Below, piece by piece: positions 56,360 to 64,000 of a stretch of DNA of 64,000 nt; the stretch's first letter is position 1; each line of letters begins with the position of its first letter. A program made the position numbers and the translations under genes. The notes under the pieces were generated by a model, which was not told the DNA's origin, made no database searches, and was given only the letters and a program-made list of their open reading frames with translations. Source of the DNA: a virus; IMG/VR virus record IMGVR_UViG_3300009104_000012, positions 9,884 to 73,883 of that record. One strand, 5' to 3'.

Positions 56360-57607
56360 TTAGATGTGAGCAGAATTACCATCTGAATCATATTCAGATT
56401 GGTTATCCTCGTCTTCATCTGCCTCATTATTATCGGCGTCCATTTGAGAATTAATTTCCTCTTGTCTCTTCTGTTCAAGTATTTGATCAACACTTGCACC
56501 AGCGTCCACTTTGGTATATAATTCTACAAACGAATTCTTTGTGTCTTCATCAAACCTATTAGTACATAACTGAATAGCTTTAACTTTATCACCAAAGATT
56601 GCATATGCTTGAACAATATGTACCAATCTTCTAGTTGATATAATTTCATCTACTCCGCCATCAAAATAAGTTTTTCTGATAACATCAGCCCAAGTTGTTA
56701 GTTTTTCAACAAACTTAACATCTGATTTTCCAGCTGCTTTTAATTCATTATTCAGAATTTTTTGTTCTGTTTTTACAGCAGGATATTTCTGTTCAAAGGT
56801 TACTGGAAATCTTTCCAAAAACGCTTCGTTAAGTATGTTAGTTCCGATAAACTTACCACTTTCACTACCTTGTCCTTTTGTATTGGCAGTAGCGATAACT
56901 TGGAAACCATCTTTTGGTTTCACAAACTTGTTTATCTTTTTAACATAAACACCTGAACCTTCTAATATCGGTTGTAAACACATAATTTTATTAGAAGCAA
57001 GGTCAATTTCATCTAACAATAAAAGAGCACCTCTTTCCATTGCTTCGATAACTGGTCCGTTTTGCCAAACCGTCTGACCATCTTTTAATCTGAATCCGCC
57101 TAAAAGGTCGTCTTCATCTGTTTCAATTGTAATGTTAACCCTAATCAGTTCTTTTTTAGCTTCGGCAGCTGCCTGTATAACAGACATTGTTTTACCGTTA
57201 CCTGAAAGTCCTGTAATAAAAATAGGATAAAACTTATTAGATTTTACAATTGATCTAATATCACTATGGTTACCAAAAGATACGAAAGTTTTAAATTTAT
57301 TAGGAACAATATTTCCTTCTAAACTAGAAACTACATAAGCAGCTTCTGTATCAATCTTCTCTTCTGGAATTTCTACTGATTTTGTTTCAGTAGTATTTTT
57401 AGGTTGAACAACTATGTCCTCACCTTTTAAAGGCAATTTAAAAATAGATTTTCCTACTTTATAACCTTTATTTTTTATTAACCATTGAGGAGCATACTTA
57501 CAACCAAACTTTTTGTTTGCTTGTTTTAACTCGTCAACCGTTAACTCAGCTTTGTTAAACATCTTAAAAGCGTGTTTTACAAAGTCTTGTTGTTTCACAT
57601 TTAACAT
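56360..57607 (-). CDS. CobS-like MoxR AAA+ ATPase
   Basis: GLSGNGKT, DEDDLLGG, LLLDEID, TANTKGQG, AFLERF, ISTRR; start moved to MLNVK. Confidence 0.9.
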   Translation of the reverse strand: MLNVKQQDFVKHAFKMFNKAELTVDELKQANKKFGCKYAPQWLIKNKGYKVGKSIFKLPLKGEDIVVQPKNTTETKSVEIPEEKIDTEAAYVVSSLEGNIVPNKFKTFVSFGNHSDIRSIVKSNKFYPIFITGLSGNGKTMSVIQAAAEAKKELIRVNITIETDEDDLLGGFRLKDGQTVWQNGPVIEAMERGALLLLDEIDLASNKIMCLQPILEGSGVYVKKINKFVKPKDGFQVIATANTKGQGSESGKFIGTNILNEAFLERFPVTFEQKYPAVKTEQKILNNELKAAGKSDVKFVEKLTTWADVIRKTYFDGGVDEIISTRRLVHIVQAYAIFGDKVKAIQLCTNRFDEDTKNSFVELYTKVDAGASVDQILEQKRQEEINSQMDADNNEADEDEDNQSEYDSDGNSAHI

Positions 57608-57638
57608 AATGTTAGTCCTTTCATCATTTATACCAGCC

Positions 57639-57666
57639 ATCCTAAAGGAATTGGTCTGGAAGTCAA
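57639..57666 (-). promoter_or_regulatory. Early-type promoter
   Basis: TTGACT-N16-TAGGAT, same -10 variant as 60101. Confidence 0.55.
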
Positions 57667-57706
57667 GCCATTATTTTTACTAGAAATACAGGCTTTATTC
57701 AACATA

Positions 57707-60088
57707 CTACGCTACTTGTTCGATAAATTTATTCAAAACTACCCTTGATTGTATTCGATTCGACATACTTTTTGAGAATAGTCTTCTTATATCGCCTTTT
57801 TTAGCGCCGTCTTTTAATTGAGATAAATCTACCTGTTGAACATCCATAGATTTACCATTTAATAGATAGTATTCATTATAACCTCTTTTAGAAATACATA
57901 ATGATTTATCTTTTAAAAACTTTTTTCTTTGTACCTGACGGTCTCTAACTTTAATAGTTCTACCATTTTTATTTGTCTCATATTCTGGTACAAATCTATC
58001 AAAAGACCATCTTCTTAAATCTTTTAAGATATAAAAACCAACCGTTTTTACACCATATTTTTTTCTTATCATATTTAATAATATTGTAGTAACGTCATCT
58101 GAAGAGGAGTGATAATAAAATGGAGTTTCTGGTTCTGACCACAATTTCTTACCATCTTTAATAACAATTTTATCTCCTTCACCAGAACATTCTTCCAATT
58201 TAGTACCTACTTTACCAGTTGTGTCATCTATTTTATAACCCATATTATAGTAGTTCATACCATTTGAACCACCATCTGTTAAAGTTATAAAAGTCATTTT
58301 CTCAATACTATATTTCTTTTTAAATTCTGGTACCAATTGTAAACAAGCAGCTAAAGATTCATTTAAAGGTGTTGAAGACAAATAATAATCATTTGGAATT
58401 GGAATTGAATTACCTGGATGTGGATCTGGTTGTGCAATTCCTCTTCTGTATGCTCTCCAATTATATCTACTATCAAAACTTTCAGCAAGTTGATACATAT
58501 ACATACACGCTTTATCTAATTCTGATTTTTTCATACGGTGACTCAATATATTTACTAGGTTAAAAAATCCCATAGACATATCACCTTCTTTATATTTGAA
58601 TTGGTGTTTACCTAATTCTATTCTTTGTTGTCTGTTTAACCAACCTTCACCTCTTTTATTGTCATTAAACATATAAACTTCAAAAGGTATTCCAATTCTT
58701 TCACAAAACCATACAAGGTTTAATAATTGATGAACCGTTTTAGCAACTACGTCTGACATTGAACCTGACCAGTCCAATAACATCATCATACCGTGGTTCT
58801 TATCTGTTGGTAATACCGTTAATCTTTTAAAAATATCTTCTGAAAATTTATAGTCTCTTAATTTTAATGGGTCTATAATACCTGTTTTATCTGTAGCAGC
58901 TCTTTTATAAGCACTAGCAGATTTTCTCATTTCAAATTCTTTAACCAAATACATAACGGTTTTAGAATTGTCTTTTTTAAATCTTTTATAATCTCTTTCC
59001 AACCAGTTGTAATATGTTTTATACTCTTGATGGCAATAATCTTTAGTCAAATAATGGTTATTACTTCTAGTCATTTCAGACATAAACTTTTTATAACTAG
59101 TCATACACTCATTTAAATCAACTTTAGGAATTGAACAATATCTATAACTAGTTTTTTTATCTAATAATTTTTCTGTACTTTGGTCAAAACTATCCTGTGT
59201 AATAGCTCTTAATGGATTTGGTGCCTTATTAACAGCAACATCATCACCGCCTCTACCACCTGGATTTCCTTCTTGACCTTTTTTAAGTTCTTTTTTCTTC
59301 TCTTCTTCTGATTTTTCTTCTTTAGATTCTGTACCATCTTCACCATCTTTATCTTTGTTTTCTTCTTTATCCTGTTTTGATTCACCAGGCATATCAATTT
59401 CTTTACCATCTTCCGTATCACCTTCTTTTTCTTTAGGCTCTGCTTGGTCATAATTCATTGCAATTGGATGGTCGTCAAAATCTGGTAACTTTTTAAGTTT
59501 TTCCATTTCTTTTTTAGCTTTACCATATAACTCTTCAGCAAGTTTTAATACATCTTTAAATGTTTTTAAAGCTTTAACTTTTTTAATAATTTTATGGTCA
59601 TCTTTACTAAAGATAAATTGTTTTCTAAAAGTTGATTTGAAATATAAGTTTATCTTATCAATAAACATTAAGTTTTTATTAAGGTCACCTACTGGTGTTA
59701 ATCCAAAAAAGTCTTGCGAGTCTAATATCTCAAAGGCGTTCATATAATTTCTTACTACACCTGGATATTTCTTTTTAATTTTTTCGTCTATTCTACAATC
59801 TTCTAATACATTTACATATGCTCTGAAATCTTTATCATTTAATTTTTCCCAAGATTTAGTTGGTGTCCATAAAGCGTGAGCACATTCGTGAGCAATTAAC
59901 ATATCGTAAACATCACCAGATTTTACTTTAAAAATTGGTAGAGTTAATATACGGTTCTTTACATCAAAAGAAGCCGTCTTAACATTGTTATGTTGTACGG
60001 TAATATTTTCTGTTGCGATTAATTTTGCTAATTGTGATTTAGCGTCTATATTTAAATTTTCTGATTTGTTCAATGTGTTGTCCTTCAT
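57707..60088 (-). CDS. CobT-like metallopeptidase plus vWA protein (MoxR partner)
   Basis: TASFD..R.L.LP, HECAH, NVLED.RI, acidic linker, LDWSGSM, STPLNE, LTDG (MIDAS). Confidence 0.88.
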   Translation of the reverse strand: MKDNTLNKSENLNIDAKSQLAKLIATENITVQHNNVKTASFDVKNRILTLPIFKVKSGDVYDMLIAHECAHALWTPTKSWEKLNDKDFRAYVNVLEDCRIDEKIKKKYPGVVRNYMNAFEILDSQDFFGLTPVGDLNKNLMFIDKINLYFKSTFRKQFIFSKDDHKIIKKVKALKTFKDVLKLAEELYGKAKKEMEKLKKLPDFDDHPIAMNYDQAEPKEKEGDTEDGKEIDMPGESKQDKEENKDKDGEDGTESKEEKSEEEKKKELKKGQEGNPGGRGGDDVAVNKAPNPLRAITQDSFDQSTEKLLDKKTSYRYCSIPKVDLNECMTSYKKFMSEMTRSNNHYLTKDYCHQEYKTYYNWLERDYKRFKKDNSKTVMYLVKEFEMRKSASAYKRAATDKTGIIDPLKLRDYKFSEDIFKRLTVLPTDKNHGMMMLLDWSGSMSDVVAKTVHQLLNLVWFCERIGIPFEVYMFNDNKRGEGWLNRQQRIELGKHQFKYKEGDMSMGFFNLVNILSHRMKKSELDKACMYMYQLAESFDSRYNWRAYRRGIAQPDPHPGNSIPIPNDYYLSSTPLNESLAACLQLVPEFKKKYSIEKMTFITLTDGGSNGMNYYNMGYKIDDTTGKVGTKLEECSGEGDKIVIKDGKKLWSEPETPFYYHSSSDDVTTILLNMIRKKYGVKTVGFYILKDLRRWSFDRFVPEYETNKNGRTIKVRDRQVQRKKFLKDKSLCISKRGYNEYYLLNGKSMDVQQVDLSQLKDGAKKGDIRRLFSKSMSNRIQSRVVLNKFIEQVA

Positions 60089-60100
60089 AATTCTATGGCT

Positions 60101-60129
60101 ATCCTATCAGCTCTTGGCGTGAAAGTCAA
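60101..60129 (-). promoter_or_regulatory. Early-type promoter
   Basis: TTGACT-N17-TAGGAT. Confidence 0.65.
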
Positions 60130-60141
60130 GAAAAAAATGCC

Positions 60142-60171
60142 AAAAAAAAGCCACGGAAACCGTAGCTTTTT
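60142..60171. terminator. Probable bidirectional terminator
   Basis: A-tract, GCCACGG-AAA-CCGTAGC, T-tract. Confidence 0.6.
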
Positions 60172-60196
60172 AAACTTTTTTTGTTCTGGTAATGTT

Positions 60197-61507
60197 CTAT
60201 CGGCCCACCTGGACTAGATATTTCTGCTTGGTTGATGGCCAATCCATATAAATTATATCATCATAAAAATGCGATTCGCTGGATACTCTATTAGTTTTAA
60301 TAAGATTATCTATTCGTTTTCTAGCGTATTTGGATTTCCATAATTCTGATAATGCTTCTGTAGTATTATCAAATGCTGGTATTAATTTATCTTCGGTTAT
60401 CTCTTCTCTTAAAAATTCATTAGTATTAGTATATAATTGACCAAAGTATATGCCTCTAGCGTGTTCAGATTTAATTAAATTCTTTGGTATAGATAGTCTA
60501 TTAAATGTAAAGTTATGAGACCTATTTCTATGGTCTCTTTTATGTGGTTGTCCACTAGGTTTCTTTGCAAAATACCATTCAAAGTATTTTCTAGTATGAT
60601 TTTTTAACAACCAATTCTGTATCATTTTTCTAGTTGTTAATTCAGGTTCATATGATACACTACCTGCTGTCCAACCCATTTTCTTCCAATGTTTTAATCT
60701 ATCGTATTGTGATAATGGTATTGCTTTTGTTTTACCATATAAAGATGTAGTGGTTACACCAACCAATGTATCTCCATATTGTTTCTTCCAAGTTTTAGCA
60801 ACTACATCTGAAAGACATAATAATGCTAACAATTTACCACCTACTAAATTATAACCTAAAGGTTGTACTGGTACAATGGTACTACCGATTGTTGTATGAT
60901 TAATCATCTTTTCAGTTTTTCTTTTTCTGTCCCAACCAATATGTTTATCTCTTGGTGTTAAATCTAAAAAGTCAGAAGACATACAAGTTATGCCTAAAAA
61001 TTTACCTGTCTTTTTGTCTTGTATAATAAAGTTTAAATTTCTACCTATATTACTATTGTTTTTCATAGTAGATAAAAATGTTCTTAATGCATTCCATATA
61101 GCAGGCATTTTCTTACCTGTAATAGATTTTAAAGTATCATCATCTGTCCATATAACCTCTGGCTCTAAATTACTATACTCCATTGGGTCTGTTGGATTCC
61201 AAAAATTGTTTTTTACTTCTTGAATTAAAGCACCTTGTTCGGCGTCTTTTAGGGCAGGTTTATCATCAAAGAAACTATTAGTTTCTACGGTTGGATATCT
61301 ATTATGTACTTCACACCATTTTTGATATAAAGTATATTCTTTTACATCCATTGCTGATACAAAGGACAAATCTTTTATTATTGTCTCTCTTAATGTATCA
61401 TCTTCTATAGTAGGTATCTTATCCAAATCTGTATTCTTTTGGAATTCAGACCATTGGTCCTCTATGAATTTAATGTATTCTGGTGAATCTGTACTTTGTG
61501 CTGTCAT
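60197..61507 (-). CDS. DUF4338/DruA-like (Mom-related GNAT) protein
   Basis: IGRNL, RDKHIGW, IVPVQPLGYNLVGGKLLALL, W...YGD.L..VTTTSLYG, SQYDRL..WKKMG.TAG; start at MTAQ downstream of promoter. Confidence 0.8.
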   Translation of the reverse strand: MTAQSTDSPEYIKFIEDQWSEFQKNTDLDKIPTIEDDTLRETIIKDLSFVSAMDVKEYTLYQKWCEVHNRYPTVETNSFFDDKPALKDAEQGALIQEVKNNFWNPTDPMEYSNLEPEVIWTDDDTLKSITGKKMPAIWNALRTFLSTMKNNSNIGRNLNFIIQDKKTGKFLGITCMSSDFLDLTPRDKHIGWDRKRKTEKMINHTTIGSTIVPVQPLGYNLVGGKLLALLCLSDVVAKTWKKQYGDTLVGVTTTSLYGKTKAIPLSQYDRLKHWKKMGWTAGSVSYEPELTTRKMIQNWLLKNHTRKYFEWYFAKKPSGQPHKRDHRNRSHNFTFNRLSIPKNLIKSEHARGIYFGQLYTNTNEFLREEITEDKLIPAFDNTTEALSELWKSKYARKRIDNLIKTNRVSSESHFYDDIIYMDWPSTKQKYLVQVGR

Positions 61508-61513
61508 AATATA

Positions 61514-61542
61514 AGGATAACATAGCTTCAATCATTTGTCAA
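61514..61542 (-). promoter_or_regulatory. sigma70-type promoter
   Basis: TTGACA-N17-TATCCT. Confidence 0.6.
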
Positions 61543-61706
61543 GATCGTTCAATTTTATACCAATAATAGTCATCTTCCTTGGTTTCCAAGTAATTGGCAT
61601 AGTCTTCTTCTCTTTGTTTACCACCTTCCATACCATCTACATAAATGGTATCGAATTCCCACTTTGCATTTGGTATCTTTTTATCTTTTTTCTCTACGTA
61701 AAGCAT
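61539..61706 (-). CDS. Hypothetical protein (55 aa)
   Basis: Manual translation MLYVEKKDKKIPNAKWEFDTIYVDGMEGGKQREEDYANYLETKEDDYYWYKIERS. Confidence 0.45.
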   Translation of the reverse strand: MLYVEKKDKKIPNAKWEFDTIYVDGMEGGKQREEDYANYLETKEDDYYWYKIERS

Positions 61707-62304
61707 TTCTTCTGGCCTTATTAATATCTTTTAAAGCACGTTTTCTTCCCATTTCTAGTTTCATCTTACTAACTTTTTCTGTAAAATTACGACCTATAGT
61801 ATGGTCATATTCGTGCTGGTATATTCTACTCATTATACCATCTAAATGAGCTTCTTTTAAATCACCTTTTTCATCTGTAAATTTTGCTACACATTTTCTT
61901 GGTCTTACTATGCTAAGGAATAACCAAGGAAAAGTTAAACAACCTTCTTTCATCATAACCGTTTCATCACTAACACTCATTATCATAGGATTGAAACAAG
62001 CCATTTTTAAGCCATTTTCTATTTGTAGATTATCTCCTAGTACAAACATATTGAATGGTAATCCTACTTGGTTACAAGTTAGTCCTATACCACCATATTT
62101 CCTCATACAAGAAAACATATCGTCTACCAAATCTTGTCGGTCTTTAAAACCAAATTCTTTTAATAGTACATCATCAAAAGGTGCTATCGCTGATTGTACT
62201 CTAGGGTCTGTAGGTGGTATTAACTTCAAATCAGGCTTAGTTCCTGGTTTAGAGTTTGGTTTTATTTCTTTTACACCTGACCCTTTTTCATCTGTATATT
62301 TCAT
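61681..62304 (-). CDS. def: Peptide deformylase
   Basis: GIGLTCNQVG, EGCLT, QHEYDH. Confidence 0.93.
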   Translation of the reverse strand: MKYTDEKGSGVKEIKPNSKPGTKPDLKLIPPTDPRVQSAIAPFDDVLLKEFGFKDRQDLVDDMFSCMRKYGGIGLTCNQVGLPFNMFVLGDNLQIENGLKMACFNPMIMSVSDETVMMKEGCLTFPWLFLSIVRPRKCVAKFTDEKGDLKEAHLDGIMSRIYQHEYDHTIGRNFTEKVSKMKLEMGRKRALKDINKARRNALRREKR

Positions 62305-62846
62305 TTAGTCTCCTGTAAATTGATATTCAATACAATCCTTCTTCCATATTTAACTGGTTTGCTACTGGAATGGAGTATAGTTCCATCAAACATTACACCT
62401 CTATTTATTTTAGGTGTAACGTTATCAATCTCTTCTTTCTTATCATTATAAAAATATGTATCTCCATCATAAGTTCCAATATAATATAATATAGTTTTAT
62501 GTTTCATATCGTGGTCTTTATGTGGATTATTTCTATGTGGTATATTTGCACTTGTTGTCATACCCCACCTTAATCTCATTATGTGGTAATTATGTAATTC
62601 AAATGCGTCTTTAATTACAAGAGCAGCTGAATTGGTAACATCATACCATTGAGATAATATTCCTCTATCGTCTGTTGGTGAATTAGCAAATATTAAATGA
62701 TTAAATGAATAGTTTAATATATTACCATCTGCTTCCGTATGTGATGAGTTTGGTAAATAATACCAAGGAAATTCTGGACTTTCAATTCTATATTTTAAAA
62801 ATCCTAACATAGATACGGATAATAAGTTTTCTTTAATTGTTATCAT
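62301..62846 (-). CDS. 2OG-Fe(II) oxygenase
   Basis: HKD...YYI...DGDT...FDG..LHSS...RIVLN. Confidence 0.8.
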   Translation of the reverse strand: MITIKENLLSVSMLGFLKYRIESPEFPWYYLPNSSHTEADGNILNYSFNHLIFANSPTDDRGILSQWYDVTNSAALVIKDAFELHNYHIMRLRWGMTTSANIPHRNNPHKDHDMKHKTILYYIGTYDGDTYFYNDKKEEIDNVTPKINRGVMFDGTILHSSSKPVKYGRRIVLNINLQETK

Positions 62847-63448
62847 TTTTGTTTATGCCAAAATATATTTAAAGTTAATCTACCATTGTCTTCATTAGTG
62901 CCGTGGTGTCCAAATCCTTTATGTGGTAAAAAAGATGTAAATATTAATGCCCTATTTTGTACAAATTTTATTTCATTTATCATATTAGCTTCTGTATGTG
63001 GTGCTGACCCAGGTTCATCTGATTGTACCACACCATCTTTTTTAAAATATGGTTCATATAGTTTTGTACCTGAATTAAGATTTGTTTCAGATAGATAAAT
63101 TAACATTGAATAATGAGCGTCTGGTGAATCTCTATGTATAAAATCTTTTGAGTCATCACTACCTAATCTTAAATGTGTATATAGTTTAAAGTCATATCTT
63201 TCATTAAAGAAATTAGGAAACTTTGTACTAAATTCATTTACAAATAATCCTGTCATAAATCTATTACTTGATTTTAAATCTTCACTTCTGGTACCAGGCC
63301 AATATTGTTGGTCTTTACCTACACCAACTAATTCTGGATGTTCCTTTGCTGGAAATCTTGGTATCTTTTTAAATTCATCTTTAATAATATCAAAATTATT
63401 AAAAAAATTATCTACAACCATTACTCTCATCTTGACTTCCTTCTCCAA
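62843..63448 (-). CDS. 2OG-Fe(II) oxygenase (DUF6445-like)
   Basis: VVDNFF, WPG.RS, IHRD, IYLSETNLNSGT, NRA, H, GRLTLN. Confidence 0.78.
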   Translation of the reverse strand: MEKEVKMRVMVVDNFFNNFDIIKDEFKKIPRFPAKEHPELVGVGKDQQYWPGTRSEDLKSSNRFMTGLFVNEFSTKFPNFFNERYDFKLYTHLRLGSDDSKDFIHRDSPDAHYSMLIYLSETNLNSGTKLYEPYFKKDGVVQSDEPGSAPHTEANMINEIKFVQNRALIFTSFLPHKGFGHHGTNEDNGRLTLNIFWHKQK

Positions 63449-63951
63449 AATGCATTTAAAGTTAATCTACCATCATCTACATTGGTACCATAACTACCAA
63501 CAGCACTATGATTATATCTTGAATCAAATATAACTGCTCTATTCTGTACACATTTAATTACATCTGTTTTTTGTTTATCTTTATCATATAATGCTGTACC
63601 TGAATTAAGGTTTGTTTCTGATAGATAAACTAACATAGAAAAATCATCACTTGGTGAATCAGTATGTACATTTTCATTATGTTCTTTTAATCTTAAATGT
63701 GTGTACAATGTATAATAACAAGGTTCTGGTAAAAAATAATATAACTTTTCATTAAATGTTTTTAAAAATAAAAGTGATAAAAATGGACTATCTGATAATT
63801 CTACACTTCTAAAACCAGGCCAATAAAACTTATCCAGTTTTGCATTCTTTAAATCTGGATGTTGGTTATTTGGATATCTTTTTATCTGTTTAAATCCAGG
63901 TAATAACTTATCAATGTTGTCAAAAAAGTTTTCTATTACTACATACTTCAT
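63427..63951 (-). CDS. 2OG-Fe(II) oxygenase (DUF6445-like), tandem paralog
   Basis: IENFF, WPGFRS, VHTD, VYLSETNLNSGT, NRA, H, GRLTLN. Confidence 0.78.
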   Translation of the reverse strand: MKYVVIENFFDNIDKLLPGFKQIKRYPNNQHPDLKNAKLDKFYWPGFRSVELSDSPFLSLLFLKTFNEKLYYFLPEPCYYTLYTHLRLKEHNENVHTDSPSDDFSMLVYLSETNLNSGTALYDKDKQKTDVIKCVQNRAVIFDSRYNHSAVGSYGTNVDDGRLTLNAFWRRKSR

Positions 63952-64000
63952 ACTTGACCTATCTTTGTAAAATTGTGTTCCTTTTCAAACTTAATTATGT
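63948..64000 (-). CDS. C-terminal end of probable gp46 (SbcC-like) recombination nuclease subunit
   Basis: ...IIKFEKEHNFTKIGQV* matches the usual gp46 terminus; truncated by window. Confidence 0.5.
   Translation of the reverse strand, partial: IIKFEKEHNFTKIGQV

Noticed and set aside
56360-60088. Cobalamin biosynthesis (cobS/cobT) together with hemB
   Set aside because: The phage CobS/vWA pair is a widespread MoxR chaperone module; no cobN or other cob genes are present
43599-61507. Druantia defence system
   Set aside because: Only DruA-like (DUF4338) domains, dispersed in replication operons; no DruE helicase or other Dru genes
2325-63098. Numerous plus-strand and nested ORFs in the track (e.g. 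4736-5212, 49552-49956, 61910-62308, 13592-13957)
   Set aside because: Antisense or out-of-frame shadows of well-supported genes, with no motifs or RBS
1-64000. CRISPR array, integrase, IS elements or stop-codon recoding
   Set aside because: No spaced repeats or transposase/integrase motifs seen; genes are full length in the standard code and all three stops are used

Overview
This is a 64-kb segment of an AT-rich, T4-like marine myovirus, most likely a Pelagibacter/SAR11 'pelagimyophage'. The host call is inferred from the gene set (bS21, curli csgF/csgG, SAR11-like formate dehydrogenase, Hsp20, peptide deformylase). Nearly all genes are on the minus strand. From left to right the window holds: (1) a glycosylation/modification island (GTs, gmd, ColD-type dehydratase, AsnB-like amidotransferase, radical SAM, 2OG oxygenase); (2) RuvC-like nuclease, nrdB/nrdA and primase; (3) a late curli/type VIII secretion operon (csgF, csgG, curlin, FecR protein) with a divergent CHASE2 adenylate cyclase; (4) a lysis region (spanins) containing an NAD-dependent formate dehydrogenase; (5) structural and internal head proteins; (6) the T4 replication core (gp41, UvsX, gp43, RegA, gp62/44/45), interleaved with candidate DNA-modification genes (Mom-like, three DUF4338/Mom-related proteins, MT-A70, glycosyltransferase, HemB-like, ferredoxin); (7) an RNA-rich intergenic zone; (8) bS21, CobS/vWA, peptide deformylase and 2OG oxygenases. 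The most striking observation is an unannotated, separately promoted tRNA-Gly with the very rare anticodon ACC. It keeps all GlyRS identity elements but has degenerate D- and T-loops and weak EF-Tu T-stem pairs. It co-occurs with four Mom/DUF4338 family enzymes. The proposed interpretation (inference) is a dedicated non-ribosomal glycyl-tRNA donor feeding a replication-coupled DNA hypermodification system. All family assignments come from motif recognition by eye; no database searches were run.
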